This document shows positions 1 to 10,486 of a stretch of DNA of 64,000 bases, one piece after another. Both the position numbers and the translations under genes were made by a program. Location: the NCBI GenBank assembly GCA_002500135.1, contig DLSM01000003.1, forward strand, positions 12,100 through 76,099, read 5' to 3'. The notes beneath the pieces are model-generated. The model was not told where the DNA came from and searched no databases. It saw nothing but the letters and a program-made list of their open reading frames with translations. Position 1 is the stretch's first letter; every line of letters begins with the position of its first letter. The stretch is from Christensenella sp. UBA7862. Lineage in GTDB: Bacteria; Bacillota; Clostridia; Christensenellales; UBA1242.

Positions 1-3000
1 ATATTGAAGATTGGTTACTGGGTCGTCACCTGGGTTCAGCCCAATGTAATTATACGAATCCACTGAGTAATACACTTGCTCTCTTTCGCCGTCTGCCCAT
101 ATGAGATAAACTTTTATATCAAATCTTGCCTTGCTGTATCCACTTTGAAGGTCAACATAAAAAATTCTGTTCGTGCCATATTCCACATTGCCAGTTCCAC
201 GGACTTTAAACTTTTCGCTCACTTGTGATGATGATATTGTGCAGTTTTCACCTCTCCACTTTGCATAAAGAGTGATATCCTCTGCCGTGCCTTGTTCAAT
301 TTTCTCAAGTGCAGTTCCGCTGAAAGAGGAATTATTATACCAGCCCTTGAACTCATATCTACTTTTATTTGGAATTGGAAGATAAAATGTTTCTGTTGTA
401 ACGTCAAATGTTGTTCTATATTCTGCTGGCATTTCACCGCTTGCAGAGTTATAAGTTATGGTGTAAGTGATAAGTCTATATCCGCCAACAAGTGTTACAT
501 CACTTGTAACTTCATATGTTGAAATATCTACAGTTTCGCTGCCGACTTGCCAACCAACAAAGACATATCCTGCGACATTTGTGTTAATTTTTGGCAAATT
601 AAGTTTTTCAAACTGCATAACTTGCTGGGTTTCTATTTGATTTAGATATTTAAATGTGACTGTGCAAAGTCTGTATGCGATTGTGTATATGCCCTCTGTT
701 GCAGTAACGATATAATTTGGATTTTTGGAACGAGCGGATATAGTATAACCTGTGCTGTTTTTGCGAGTTGTGTTTGAAATTGGCTTGCCGTTTGCGTCAT
801 TGCAAATAAATTCAATAACACTTTTTACATTGTCACTTGAAGCAAAATTATCTTCTGTGCCGTCCAAAAATTCATATTTAAAATTCAAGTCCAACTCGCC
901 ATAATAGGCTGCCATATCAAGAAGTTTTATCTTGATAATTGCCTCAAAAATTATAAACGAGCCGTCAATATCTTCTGAGATGACATAGTTCTTTGTCCAT
1001 TCGTCTGCCAAGGTGACGGAGCCTATTGTGTATTTGTAAAGCCCAACTTCCTCGCCAGTTTTCCTTGACAATCTGCCAAGATAAGTCACCTCGTCACCCT
1101 CGACAATATTGCTTAAAACAAATGGGAACTCAGGGTCAGTTTTGCCATAATTTTTGCTTATATTTTTCGTTGGGATAATCTTTAGTTCTCTTTTTTGAAT
1201 TTGGAACTTTACATCGCCACTCAGTTCAATTTGATAGTCGTCTTTCCTAAAAGTATCCGAATCTGCAAGTTGCAAAGTGCCAAGCAAAATGTCATAAGTT
1301 CCGACATCAGTGCCGTCTGCCTTTGCAAGTTTTCCTTCAAAATTTGGAGTTTCGCCCGTAAGATTTCCCGAGTATGTAAAGTCTATTGTGTAATCTTTGT
1401 CGCCATAGGACATGACTTGTCTGCTTTTTGGAGTTATATATAATTTTGCTGGCAAAATTTCAATATATACTGTAGCAAAAGAGTCGTCATAATCTTTCAT
1501 TGAAAATTTAAGAGTTAGAGTTGTTTTGCCGACATGAGTTCTGCCGATTGGTTCAAAAGAACTTTCCTCCTCCACAAAACTTTCCCCAAGACAATATCTT
1601 ACGCTCATGCTCTCGCTTGCAAAGATGTCAACAAAATGTTCTGTTGCGTCATATGTTGTTGTTTTGTTTGAAACATATGAATAGGCGTCAAGCGTTCCAT
1701 TTGTTATGTAAAAATATGCTTCTTCAAGTTCAAAAGTGTAATTCTTTGCAAGGAATTTTCCGTCCGTTCCGTCTTCAAATGCAAATGTCCCTGCCAGAAT
1801 TTTGTAATGCCCAACACTCTCCCCAACTTCCCTTGATAGAACACCTGTGTATTTGGCTTCTTCGCCAGAGAGGACATTTTCAAGCGTGAATGAAAATTCT
1901 GGGTCGCCCTCGCCTACAGATTTTGAAAATTGTTTGTCAAATCTCAATGTGACAACTCTTTGCTTTATTCTAAGAATAGAGCTTGAGGTTATTTTAAAAG
2001 TGTAATTGTTTGCGTAAAATCCCGTGGCTTGATTGTCTATAAGTTTTGACTCGGAAGTTAAAGAATAGCGATAATACCCTACATTTTCATTTTCTGGGCG
2101 TTCAAAATAGAACTCACCTTTTGGCACTTCGCCATTCACCGCACCAGTAATTTTATAAGTTAATTCTGGGTCACTTTCTCCATAATATTTGCGATTGTTT
2201 GCCCCCACACTCACGCTTAAAGTTTTTGGCTCAATAGTGAACATCTTTGTTTCGTCAAAAACAAGGGTGTAGTTTGAAGGGTTGAAGTTTCCTCTCTTTG
2301 CAAGTTTAAAGTCACCCATTGTTATTGCATACTTTCCGACATTTGTCCCCGGCTGTCTTTGAAGTCTGCCTGTGTAATACAAATCTTCCCCGTCAATTAG
2401 TCCACTTGACACAAATGTTAATGTTTGATTGTCTGCATCGCCATATGTTATTGTTCTTTCCGTTGGTGTAATTGTCAAAGTTTTAGGGTTTATTTGCACA
2501 TGGCAAGTAACAGTTTTTGATTCATAGAAATCAGCAGAAACCTTTATAACAACTGTGTATGGGACGGCGACTTTATTGCCATTTGAGTCCAGTCCCCATT
2601 TGACATCGACTAAGTTTATATCGCTCACAAATTCTCCGCCGTCAACGCTATACATAACTTTTGCGCCCGTTGGAGTTTGGACGGAAACAGTTGGGTTGTG
2701 AGCCTTGCCGTCATATTCGGCGATTATATTTTTCTCATCAACAGAAAAATCAATTTCGCCTTTAATCTTGCTTTCGACAATCATAGGAAGAACTGAAACA
2801 TACTCTTGTATAGTTGTGCCGCCAAGTTTATATTCACCCCAGCCGTTTGTTCCATTGCCGTTTGTTGTGGTATAGGTTGGATAAGATATGTTTTGTGAGT
2901 TGTTGCCAGCATACACACTAGCACCTATGTCCACTTGCATAAAGACTGCAAAATAGTCACCAGTCAGTTCAATTTCGTCAGCGAGGTCGATGTAATAAAA

Positions 3001-4383
3001 GCCCGTTTGTTGCGAAACAAATTGATACTCACTGTCCTCTGACACATTGTGATTTCTGACCTTTGTGCTTTGTGGAAATTTACTTGCCAAAGTTGTTGAT
3101 AGTGAGTTTAAATCGCTTTTTGATATTCCACTTGCGATGTAGATATTAAAGTTACTTGCTGGGTTGTTTGACCTGTAATAGACAAGTTGCTTATCTTCAT
3201 TATATCCGCTCGTAATTGTGCTGACTGCTGGCACTTTTATCTTTGAAACATATTGATTTTGATAGGTTTCCCTTTCAAAGACATTGGCAAAGACAGTTTT
3301 TGTTTGTGTTTGAATATAACTTATTGCATAATTCGTGCCAGAAAATACACAGAACTGATTTTTATTGACCGCCCCTTCAACGTCCATTTTATCATAAACT
3401 ATTATGTCTTCCTCGTTTTCCATTTTGCCAACACGGACAAAACCACAAACATTGTTTTCAATGGTCTTATCGTTATACATAACATAAAAGAAACCGCCAT
3501 ATCCAAAACTTGTGCCGTAAGAATTTTGGCAAATGTATGCGCCAACATTGCCTTGGCTATCCTCAATAGTGTCGTCCCAGCCAACTATTGTAATTAGGTG
3601 ATTGGTTGAAGATTTGTCGGTATTGCAATATGTATTTTTAACATTATCAAAATATGACGCTTGATTCATATAAATCGAGCCAGTGACTGCGCCATAGGTT
3701 GTTATATGTTTTTTGATGGAATTTCTGAGGTCAAGGACATTTTGCTTTGCTGTTTCCTCGTCAACATTATCGGCATTGTCGTTGAACATAAGTGCAGTTC
3801 TTGAAGGAAAATTTATACATTCTTTGGCTTCATATGGGAAATAAGTTCTCTCATTGGACTCAATTTGGCTAGCGTAGTAATTTGTGAGGGTTGAACTGCT
3901 TGACCAATTTTTCTCATTGTTATTTGTTTCCCAATCTTGTTCCTTGGCAACACCTTTCCCACGTGTTAGATATTCATATGCAAACTCAAACGCTCCGCCA
4001 CCCATATTTGACATTGAACGAGCTTCAACACAGATATAATATGCGACATCTGCTTCGGAAAAGTTTAGTTCAAGATTTTTGTCCACAACATTTGTCATTC
4101 TTAAAGTTGTTTCAAAAGCAGTCAGTGTGCCAAACGCCCAGCATATTCCCGCCCCACGTTGATTGCCCACTCTGTATGGCAGATGTTCGCTTTGCGTGAC
4201 ATCAATGCCTTCAATGTCAAACAAAGAATAGGATACTGGCAAACTGCTAGCCTCTTGAACTACAACTTGATTTTGAGCATAAGTTTCTGTTTTACTTGTA
4301 AGCGTAACACCACACAGCAAACAAGAAATGGACAACATAACGCCCAAAATTGTGTATAACAATCTGTGTTTGTTCTTTTGCAT
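1..4383 (-). CDS. Secreted multidomain surface protein: N-terminal papain-like (C1) cysteine peptidase, MBG-type repeats, Listeria-Bacteroides (Flg_new) repeats; 3' end runs off the window
   Basis: Absent from the ORF track because it has no stop inside the window. Read by hand: ATG at 4383..4381 preceded by AGAGGA; signal-like MQKNKHRLLYTILGVMLSISCLLCGV. The frame was open in every row I checked, down to nt 1. Motifs: GNQRGAGICWAFG (Cys codon 4143..4141), NHLITIVGWDD (His 3600..3598), QNSYGTSFGYGG (Asn 3525..3523). At least 5 YG(D/E)xDP...VGxY modules. GYVFVGW and YEFKGWY...LYAKW repeats lie near nt 270-600. Confidence 0.8.
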   Translation of the reverse strand, partial: MQKNKHRLLYTILGVMLSISCLLCGVTLTSKTETYAQNQVVVQEASSLPVSYSLFDIEGIDVTQSEHLPYRVGNQRGAGICWAFGTLTAFETTLRMTNVVDKNLELNFSEADVAYYICVEARSMSNMGGGAFEFAYEYLTRGKGVAKEQDWETNNNEKNWSSSSTLTNYYASQIESNERTYFPYEAKECINFPSRTALMFNDNADNVDEETAKQNVLDLRNSIKKHITTYGAVTGSIYMNQASYFDNVKNTYCNTDKSSTNHLITIVGWDDTIEDSQGNVGAYICQNSYGTSFGYGGFFYVMYNDKTIENNVCGFVRVGKMENEEDIIVYDKMDVEGAVNKNQFCVFSGTNYAISYIQTQTKTVFANVFERETYQNQYVSKIKVPAVSTITSGYNEDKQLVYYRSNNPASNFNIYIASGISKSDLNSLSTTLASKFPQSTKVRNHNVSEDSEYQFVSQQTGFYYIDLADEIELTGDYFAVFMQVDIGASVYAGNNSQNISYPTYTTTNGNGTNGWGEYKLGGTTIQEYVSVLPMIVESKIKGEIDFSVDEKNIIAEYDGKAHNPTVSVQTPTGAKVMYSVDGGEFVSDINLVDVKWGLDSNGNKVAVPYTVVIKVSADFYESKTVTCHVQINPKTLTITPTERTITYGDADNQTLTFVSSGLIDGEDLYYTGRLQRQPGTNVGKYAITMGDFKLAKRGNFNPSNYTLVFDETKMFTIEPKTLSVSVGANNRKYYGESDPELTYKITGAVNGEVPKGEFYFERPENENVGYYRYSLTSESKLIDNQATGFYANNYTFKITSSSILRIKQRVVTLRFDKQFSKSVGEGDPEFSFTLENVLSGEEAKYTGVLSREVGESVGHYKILAGTFAFEDGTDGKFLAKNYTFELEEAYFYITNGTLDAYSYVSNKTTTYDATEHFVDIFASESMSVRYCLGESFVEEESSFEPIGRTHVGKTTLTLKFSMKDYDDSFATVYIEILPAKLYITPKSRQVMSYGDKDYTIDFTYSGNLTGETPNFEGKLAKADGTDVGTYDILLGTLQLADSDTFRKDDYQIELSGDVKFQIQKRELKIIPTKNISKNYGKTDPEFPFVLSNIVEGDEVTYLGRLSRKTGEEVGLYKYTIGSVTLADEWTKNYVISEDIDGSFIIFEAIIKIKLLDMAAYYGELDLNFKYEFLDGTEDNFASSDNVKSVIEFICNDANGKPISNTTRKNSTGYTISARSKNPNYIVTATEGIYTIAYRLCTVTFKYLNQIETQQVMQFEKLNLPKINTNVAGYVFVGWQVGSETVDISTYEVTSDVTLVGGYRLITYTITYNSASGEMPAEYRTTFDVTTETFYLPIPNKSRYEFKGWYNNSSFSGTALEKIEQGTAEDITLYAKWRGENCTISSSQVSEKFKVRGTGNVEYGTNRIFYVDLQSGYSKARFDIKVYLIWADGEREQVYYSVDSYNYIGLNPGDDPVTNLQY
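3480..4210 (-). other. Peptidase C1 (papain-like) catalytic domain, approximate bounds
   Basis: Gln/Cys (NQRGAGICWAF), His (NHLITIVGW) and Asn-Ser-aromatic (QNSYG) motifs occur in papain order and spacing. Confidence 0.7.
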
Positions 4384-4402
4384 AATTTTCCTCTTTTAAA
4401 TT

Positions 4403-5023
4403 TTATTTTATCATCGACTTAACTTTAAGCAATCTAATTTTGCTTGTTCTTTCTTGTTCGTCAATTTTCATTGAGATATATTTTATCGTTTCCTCAAGCT
4501 GTGGAATCATAACAAACTCAAGAGCGTTTACTCGTCTTTTTGTGTGTTCAATTTCAAAACTTAATATTTGGCACGTCTTTTCAACCTCCGCAAGTCGCAA
4601 GATGTCTGGCATAACTTCATAAAGTATTTGTGTTGGCTTGTCAAAAAGCGAATTGCTATCCACCATTGAATATGGACTTGACACGTCAGACTTTGACGCA
4701 ACAGAAATGTTTGGAACAGAAATATTCATAAGCGAGCGTGTCCCATAATCTGCCGAAAAGTTTTTCACTGGCAGCATAAAATGCTCCATTGTTTCTACAT
4801 TTGAATGATATGATTTTGCAAAGCAGAAGTTTGAAAATATAATTTTCAATTTACTTTCAACTTGTTTTCTTAAAGAGTAGTTTTGTTTGACAAGTGAAGT
4901 GTATTTTTTAATCAATTCGTCACATTTATCTTTCAGCATTTTATGCCCACGCTTTGCCACAACAAGCCTAGATTTAAGCGTTTTAAGTTGTATTCGTGTT
5001 GGGTTGACATTCATTCTTGCCAT
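4403..5023 (-). CDS. ntpD: V-type ATPase subunit D
   Basis: 206 aa, MARMNVNPTRIQLKTLKSRLVVAKRGHKMLKDK is typical of the subunit D N-terminus. AGGAGA RBS. Last gene of the ntp operon. Confidence 0.9.
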   Translation of the reverse strand: MARMNVNPTRIQLKTLKSRLVVAKRGHKMLKDKCDELIKKYTSLVKQNYSLRKQVESKLKIIFSNFCFAKSYHSNVETMEHFMLPVKNFSADYGTRSLMNISVPNISVASKSDVSSPYSMVDSNSLFDKPTQILYEVMPDILRLAEVEKTCQILSFEIEHTKRRVNALEFVMIPQLEETIKYISMKIDEQERTSKIRLLKVKSMIK

Positions 5024-5043
5024 TCAAAACATTCTCCTTTTAA

Positions 5044-6411
5044 TTAGTTTTTTGGAAGGTATTTTTTGATATACTCTGGTTTAATTCGTTTTAGTTCTTC
5101 TTCTGGCAAAATATTAAGCAATTTCCAACCTAAATTTAGCGTTTGTTCAATCGTTCTATTTTCGTCACTGAGTTGTGACACAAACTCTTTTTCAAACTGG
5201 GTTGCAAACTGTGCATAGATTTTATCCGTTTCGCTCAAAGCACCCTCGCCAAGGACTGTTGCCAGTTCTTTTGCCTCTTTCCCCTTTGCATAACTTGAAA
5301 ACAGTTGGTTTGCAAGGTCGCTGTGGTCCTCACGAGTTTTGCCCGCTCCGATGCCTTTGTCTTTTAGTCTTGAAAGGCTTGGAAGCACATCAATAGGTGG
5401 CATAATCCCCTTATTTTGAAGTTCACGAGAAAGAATTATTTGCCCTTCTGTTATATATCCCGTTAGGTCTGGAATAGGGTGGGTTTTGTCGTCTTCGGGC
5501 ATTGTCAAAATTGGAATTTGAGTTATTGAACCCTTTTTATCTTTTATTCTGCCCGCTCTTTCAAAAAGTGAAGCAAAGTCAGAATACATATATCCAGGGT
5601 ATCCCCGCCTTCCTGGGACTTCCTTTTTGGCAGAAGCGAGTTCTCGCAGGGCTTCAGCGTAGTTTGTCATATCTGTTAAAATGCAAAGTACATGCATTCC
5701 AAGGTCAAAGGCAAGATATTCTGCACAACTGAGTGCCATCCGTGGGGTTGCAATTCGCTCTATGGCTGGCTCGTTGGCATAATTTACAAACATAACAGTT
5801 CTTTCAATGGCTCCGCTGTCGCAAAAACTCTTTTTAAAAAATTCAGATTCTTCATATGTTATGCCCATGGCACAAAACACAACAGCAAACTTGTCTTGCT
5901 TGCCAAGAACTTTTGCTTGACTGGCGATTTGTGCCGACAGACTTGCATGGCTCAGTCCACTCATTGAAAACACTGGCAACTTTTGCCCACGGACAAGGGT
6001 GTTAAGTCCGTCTATCGCCGAAATGCCCGTTTGGATAAATTCATTTGGATAATCTCTTGCTGTTGGGTTTATTGGTTCACCGTTTATATCAATTTGCTTT
6101 TGTGGGATAATTTCTGCTCCGCCGTCACGAGGTCTGCCCAAGCCGTCAAAAATACGTCCTAACATATCTTCTGAAACATTAAGCCTAAGCCCATGCCCCA
6201 AAAATCTCACTTTGCTTTTGGAAATGGAAAGTCCTTGCGAACTTTCAAACAACTGCACAACTGCCTTGTCATTTTCCACTTGCAAAACTTTTCCTAGTCT
6301 TGTGCCGTCATTTGATACAATTTCCACCAGTTCATCATATTTTGCCCCTTCAACGCCGTCAACAAGCATAAGAGGTCCCACAATTTCTTTTATGGTCTTA
6401 TATTCTTTCAT
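5044..6411 (-). CDS. ntpB: V-type ATPase subunit B
   Basis: 455 aa. Conserved B-subunit blocks ([21 protein letters not shown]). ATGA overlap with the ntpA stop. Confidence 0.95.
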   Translation of the reverse strand: MKEYKTIKEIVGPLMLVDGVEGAKYDELVEIVSNDGTRLGKVLQVENDKAVVQLFESSQGLSISKSKVRFLGHGLRLNVSEDMLGRIFDGLGRPRDGGAEIIPQKQIDINGEPINPTARDYPNEFIQTGISAIDGLNTLVRGQKLPVFSMSGLSHASLSAQIASQAKVLGKQDKFAVVFCAMGITYEESEFFKKSFCDSGAIERTVMFVNYANEPAIERIATPRMALSCAEYLAFDLGMHVLCILTDMTNYAEALRELASAKKEVPGRRGYPGYMYSDFASLFERAGRIKDKKGSITQIPILTMPEDDKTHPIPDLTGYITEGQIILSRELQNKGIMPPIDVLPSLSRLKDKGIGAGKTREDHSDLANQLFSSYAKGKEAKELATVLGEGALSETDKIYAQFATQFEKEFVSQLSDENRTIEQTLNLGWKLLNILPEEELKRIKPEYIKKYLPKN

Positions 6412-8174
6412 ATTTCATCATCTCCCATGCTATACAGCGCTTTAAGTTGACTTAAGAGTTCTCGTTTTATTATTTCAAACTCACCAAGAGAATTCTCGTC
6501 AATATATTTTGCACGTGCAATTTTTTGCTTTGCTCTCATGGACAAAAGTTCGTTTATGCCAATGCCGTCAGAAATTGCCTTCATGCAACTGTCATGATAA
6601 AGTTTTATAACTTCAAGCATTTTGCATTGCTTTTTAAGTGAAGAATAAGTGTCCACTGGGTCAAAAGCATTTTGGTGCAAAAAGTCTTCCCTTATCATTT
6701 TTGCTACGTCAAGTGTTAATCTATCTTTGCTTGAAAGTGAGTCAGCCCCCACAAGTCTTATAATTTCAAGAAGCGAACCTTCTTCTTGAAGGATATTCAT
6801 AACAAACGCCTTAAGCCCCGCAAAATTTGTTGAAACATTATTTTCAAACCAAGGTGCAAGCTGGGTGGAGTAAAGCGAATAACTTTGAAGCCAGTCGATT
6901 GCTGGGAAGTGTCTTTTGTATGCAAGGCTTGAACTTAGTCCCCAGAAAGTTTTAACAACACGCAATGTTGCTTGTGATACAGGTTCACTTAAATCGCCCC
7001 CCGGAGGTGACACCGCTCCAATAACTGTGACAGAGCCTTTTCTAGGTTTTGTTCCAAGAGTTTCCACAAGCCCTGCTCTTTCATAAAATTCTGCAAGTCT
7101 GCTGGACAAATATGCTGGATACCCTTCGTCCCCCGGCATTTCTTCAAGACGTCCGCTCATTTCTCTTAATGCTTCTGCCCAGCGAGATGTGGAGTCTGCC
7201 ATAAGAGCAACATTATATCCCATATCACGAAAATACTCTGCAATAGTTATTCCCGTATAAATTGACGCTTCCCTTGCAGACACAGGCATGTCCGAAGTGT
7301 TTGCAATAAGAATTGTTCGTTTTATAAGTGGCTGTTTTGTCTTTGGGTCAAGAAGTGTTGGAAATTCATTCATAACGTCTGTCATTTCGTTTCCACGTTC
7401 GCCACAGCCAATGTAAACAATAATATCCGCATCAGCCCATTTTGCAAGTTGGTGTTGAACAATAGTTTTGCCACTGCCAAATGGCCCCGGAACACCCGCA
7501 ACACCGCCTCTTGCTATTGGGAAAAGTGTATCAATAACCCTTTGACCAGTGACCATTGGCTCCACGAGTGGAAGTTTTTTTGCATAAGGTCTATTTCGTC
7601 TTATGGCATACTTTTGAAGCATTTGAATATTAAAAGTCTTGTTTCCATTTTTCAAAACAGCAACGGTGTCGTCAATTTTAAAGTCACCTTCTTCAATTTT
7701 TTCAACAACACCACTTGCTCCTTGTGGCACAAGAATTTTGTGTCTTATGGCGATTGTTTCATCAACATATCCCAGTTCGTCACCGCTTTCAAGATTTTCA
7801 CCCACTTTGCAAGTTGGATAGAAATGCCAAAATTTTGTTCTGTCAAGCGAGTTTGCTTGCATGCCACGAACGATTCTATTTCCAAACTTTTCTCTCAGTT
7901 CATCGAGCGGTCTTTGTATGCCGTCAAAAATCCTTCCCACAATTCCAGGTGCAAGTTCCACAGACAATGGCTCGCCCGTTGACACAACTTCTTCACCAAC
8001 AGAAAGCATTGATGTATCTTCATACACTTGAATGGAGGCTATGCCATTTCGCATTTCTATAATTTCGCCCGTAAGCATAAGTTTGCCTATTTTCACCACG
8101 TCAAAAAGCCGACACTCTTGCATATTGTCTGCTTGCACAAGTGGCCCAGACACTTTGACAACTTTACCCTTCAT
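6408..8174 (-). CDS. ntpA: V-type ATPase catalytic subunit A
   Basis: Walker A GPFGSGKT and [10 protein letters not shown]. Start moved to ATG 8174 ([12 protein letters not shown]) behind GAGGAGGAG; the track start 8207 is over-extended. Confidence 0.95.
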   Translation of the reverse strand: MKGKVVKVSGPLVQADNMQECRLFDVVKIGKLMLTGEIIEMRNGIASIQVYEDTSMLSVGEEVVSTGEPLSVELAPGIVGRIFDGIQRPLDELREKFGNRIVRGMQANSLDRTKFWHFYPTCKVGENLESGDELGYVDETIAIRHKILVPQGASGVVEKIEEGDFKIDDTVAVLKNGNKTFNIQMLQKYAIRRNRPYAKKLPLVEPMVTGQRVIDTLFPIARGGVAGVPGPFGSGKTIVQHQLAKWADADIIVYIGCGERGNEMTDVMNEFPTLLDPKTKQPLIKRTILIANTSDMPVSAREASIYTGITIAEYFRDMGYNVALMADSTSRWAEALREMSGRLEEMPGDEGYPAYLSSRLAEFYERAGLVETLGTKPRKGSVTVIGAVSPPGGDLSEPVSQATLRVVKTFWGLSSSLAYKRHFPAIDWLQSYSLYSTQLAPWFENNVSTNFAGLKAFVMNILQEEGSLLEIIRLVGADSLSSKDRLTLDVAKMIREDFLHQNAFDPVDTYSSLKKQCKMLEVIKLYHDSCMKAISDGIGINELLSMRAKQKIARAKYIDENSLGEFEIIKRELLSQLKALYSMGDDEI

Positions 8175-8496
8175 TTTTCTCCTCCTCAAGCATAATTTTA
8201 GCACCAATAGCCCGCTCCATATCCGTCATTATTTTCCCCAGCGCATATGGATTTTCTTCATCTCTGTTTGGCACAACAAGAATAACAGGATAAGCAGAAG
8301 TTCTTGTTTGCTCAATCAAGTCTTCACACAGTTTTGCATAGTTTGTTTGAATTAAAATAACTTTGTAGTTTGAAATGAGTTTGCTCAGAGTGGCTCTGAT
8401 TTTATCTCTCCCCACCGGAGAAAAAACATCACAGCCAACCGCCTTAAAGAGCATAACCATATCCCTACTCCCCAAAATTGCAATTTTATCTTCCAT
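8164..8496 (-). CDS. ntpG: V-type ATPase subunit F (E. hirae NtpG position)
   Basis: 110 aa from ATG 8496 ([21 protein letters not shown]). Size and position between C and A match the ntpFIKECGABD order. Confidence 0.8.
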   Translation of the reverse strand: MEDKIAILGSRDMVMLFKAVGCDVFSPVGRDKIRATLSKLISNYKVILIQTNYAKLCEDLIEQTRTSAYPVILVVPNRDEENPYALGKIMTDMERAIGAKIMLEEEKNEG

Positions 8497-8497
8497 T

Positions 8498-9433
8498 TCA
8501 ATCTCCAAGTAGCATTTGCTTTGCCTTATCCGCAATGTTATTTCTAACAAACAGCAAACACATTCTACAGTTTTTAATTTCCGCTAACTTTTTCAAAACA
8601 TAATACACAAACTGTGCCGGGCTATCCATATCAAATCTCAATGGCTCACAATATTTGAGTAGCAACATATTTTTCTCTTTTTCAAACTTAATAAGCGCCT
8701 TATCCTTGCTTTCAAAAATGAGTTCTGCCATATTTTTAAGCAATTTATTCTCAATCTGCCCCACACAAAATTTATCTTTTTCAAAAATTCCTTGCAGTGT
8801 TTTTTTATTTAAAAACCCACATTCAACAAGGTTCTTTTCAAAATTTAATTCATCTTTCGCCCTGAGGCAAACGGATAAGTTTTGTTTGTCACATTCAAGT
8901 TTGACAAGGTCACAAAGAAGTCCTTTTTTAAACATTCCTCGCATAATTTTATACTTATTTTGCTTAAAATATCTATCCAGCTCTTCAGCCCCACTTTGTG
9001 GTGTAAAATTCTCAGAGAAAGTCTTTATGGCTGCGGCAACGCTTTTTTCAAATATAGAGAAATCTCTTTTTGCCACAAAACTTGCCATTTTTTTGTTGTC
9101 ACAAAAGTCGTAATCTTGAACATAATTTTCCCAATCTATCCCAATAAGTTGAGCCTTGCAAATTGTGGATAAATTGTCAAAAATAAGTGGGAAAATGAAG
9201 AAATTTTTAACCATTTCATTTGGGGAATCATTTGACACAAATTCAAAGAGTTTTCGCTCTTCCATATCCAGATACTCGTCAACATTTGCGTCATCGCTTA
9301 GGCGGAAGGCATTTCTGAGCAAATTTTCCGCATCTAGAGCATTGCTGCAAGATAGCACACTTGCATAGAAATCTTTTGGCAAAAGTTGTGCTTCTTTCAC
9401 GCTTACAACGCCAGATGAATAAAGATAACTCAT
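8498..9433 (-). CDS. ntpC: V-type ATPase subunit C (d-type)
   Basis: 311 aa, GGGAGG RBS. Position between E and F subunits. Helical composition typical of the family. Confidence 0.8.
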   Translation of the reverse strand: MSYLYSSGVVSVKEAQLLPKDFYASVLSCSNALDAENLLRNAFRLSDDANVDEYLDMEERKLFEFVSNDSPNEMVKNFFIFPLIFDNLSTICKAQLIGIDWENYVQDYDFCDNKKMASFVAKRDFSIFEKSVAAAIKTFSENFTPQSGAEELDRYFKQNKYKIMRGMFKKGLLCDLVKLECDKQNLSVCLRAKDELNFEKNLVECGFLNKKTLQGIFEKDKFCVGQIENKLLKNMAELIFESKDKALIKFEKEKNMLLLKYCEPLRFDMDSPAQFVYYVLKKLAEIKNCRMCLLFVRNNIADKAKQMLLGD

Positions 9434-9456
9434 ATTTCCTCCCGTTTTATCGACTT

Positions 9457-10014
9457 TTAAAATAACAATTCTGAAATCTCTTTTAAGTTGTTTTCAATAT
9501 AATCTTCAACAAGTGTTTCAAAAAGCAAATTTTTATCACACTTTTCGCCACACAAAAATAAGCCCTCTTTTTCACCCGCTTTAACTTCAAGCGAAAGTTT
9601 TTTGACTGACGGAAGCGACAAAATGTCTTTTTCTGTTAGACTACTGCATTTCCAAAAAACAGTGTCACCGCTTTCTGCATTTTTCTTCAAAAGACCTTCA
9701 AAAAACTTCTTTGCTTGCGTCTTTCCCATGTTGCAAAGTTCCAAAACTGCCTCAGTTTTTATCTTTTCAAGCAATTTTGTTTTGCTTTTAAGTTCCACCT
9801 TCTTACACTCAATTTTGACACTTACATCTGTGGCAGAAGAGATTTCTTTTTCTTTTTGTTTCAACCTTTTTGACGTGTCCCCGCTTTTTTCTTTTTGCCA
9901 AGAAAGTTCTTCTCGTTGCATTTTTGCCGCTTGCTTTTCGGCGGCGTCCACGATGTCCTCTGCTTGAATTTTTGCGTCAGTCAATATTCTATCAACAATC
10001 AAATCACCTTGCAT
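9457..10014 (-). CDS. ntpE: V-type ATPase subunit E (peripheral stalk)
   Basis: Start set to ATG 10014 (MQGDLIVDRILTDAKIQAEDIV) after AAGGGGA, just past the ntpK stop at 10025. Coiled-coil N-terminus. Confidence 0.75.
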   Translation of the reverse strand: MQGDLIVDRILTDAKIQAEDIVDAAEKQAAKMQREELSWQKEKSGDTSKRLKQKEKEISSATDVSVKIECKKVELKSKTKLLEKIKTEAVLELCNMGKTQAKKFFEGLLKKNAESGDTVFWKCSSLTEKDILSLPSVKKLSLEVKAGEKEGLFLCGEKCDKNLLFETLVEDYIENNLKEISELLF

Positions 10015-10024
10015 ACTTGTCCCC

Positions 10025-10468
10025 TTATGGCAAAAGAAGCAGCGACACGACAAGTGACAAAATGGCGTAAGTTTCAATCATTGCTGGGAAAAGAATAAGT
10101 TTGCCCGACAAAGTGTCTTTTTTAGCAACGGCTTGGATACAACTTGCAGATGTTTTGCCTTGAAGAACTGGTGTCAAAAGCCCTGTGACAGTTAGTGGAA
10201 GTGACGCCAAAAGGATATTTAGCCCAGTTGCAAGACTTATGCCCATTGTGCAACTGCTTGAAGCAACAATAGCAAACACAAAGCCATAAATACCTTGCGT
10301 TGCTGGAAGGACAACAAGCACCAAAAGTTTGCTAAACTTCTTTGGGTCTTCGCTCAAAACCCCCGCCGCAGTTTGCCCCGTTTTGGTTAGTCCTATAGCT
10401 GACCCCATTCCACACAAAAATACACATAACACAAGCCCCGCTAGTCCAATTACAAATCCCCATTCCAT
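10025..10468 (-). CDS. ntpK: V-type ATPase proteolipid subunit K
   Basis: 147 aa, four hydrophobic helices. LPATQGIYGF, LQGKTSAS and AMIETYAIL align with E. hirae NtpK. GGAGG RBS. Confidence 0.9.
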   Translation of the reverse strand: MEWGFVIGLAGLVLCVFLCGMGSAIGLTKTGQTAAGVLSEDPKKFSKLLVLVVLPATQGIYGFVFAIVASSSCTMGISLATGLNILLASLPLTVTGLLTPVLQGKTSASCIQAVAKKDTLSGKLILFPAMIETYAILSLVVSLLLLP

Positions 10469-10486
10469 AACATTTTCCTCCTTTAA

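Noticed and set aside
7449-7982. Long antisense ORFs in the track (also 10854..11393, 29190..29915, 31379..31846, 8655..9113, 38411..38854)
   Set aside because: All lie opposite strongly conserved genes or span intergenic signals. They have low-complexity S/F/L/C-rich translations and lack Shine-Dalgarno context, so they are by-products of AT-rich antisense frames.
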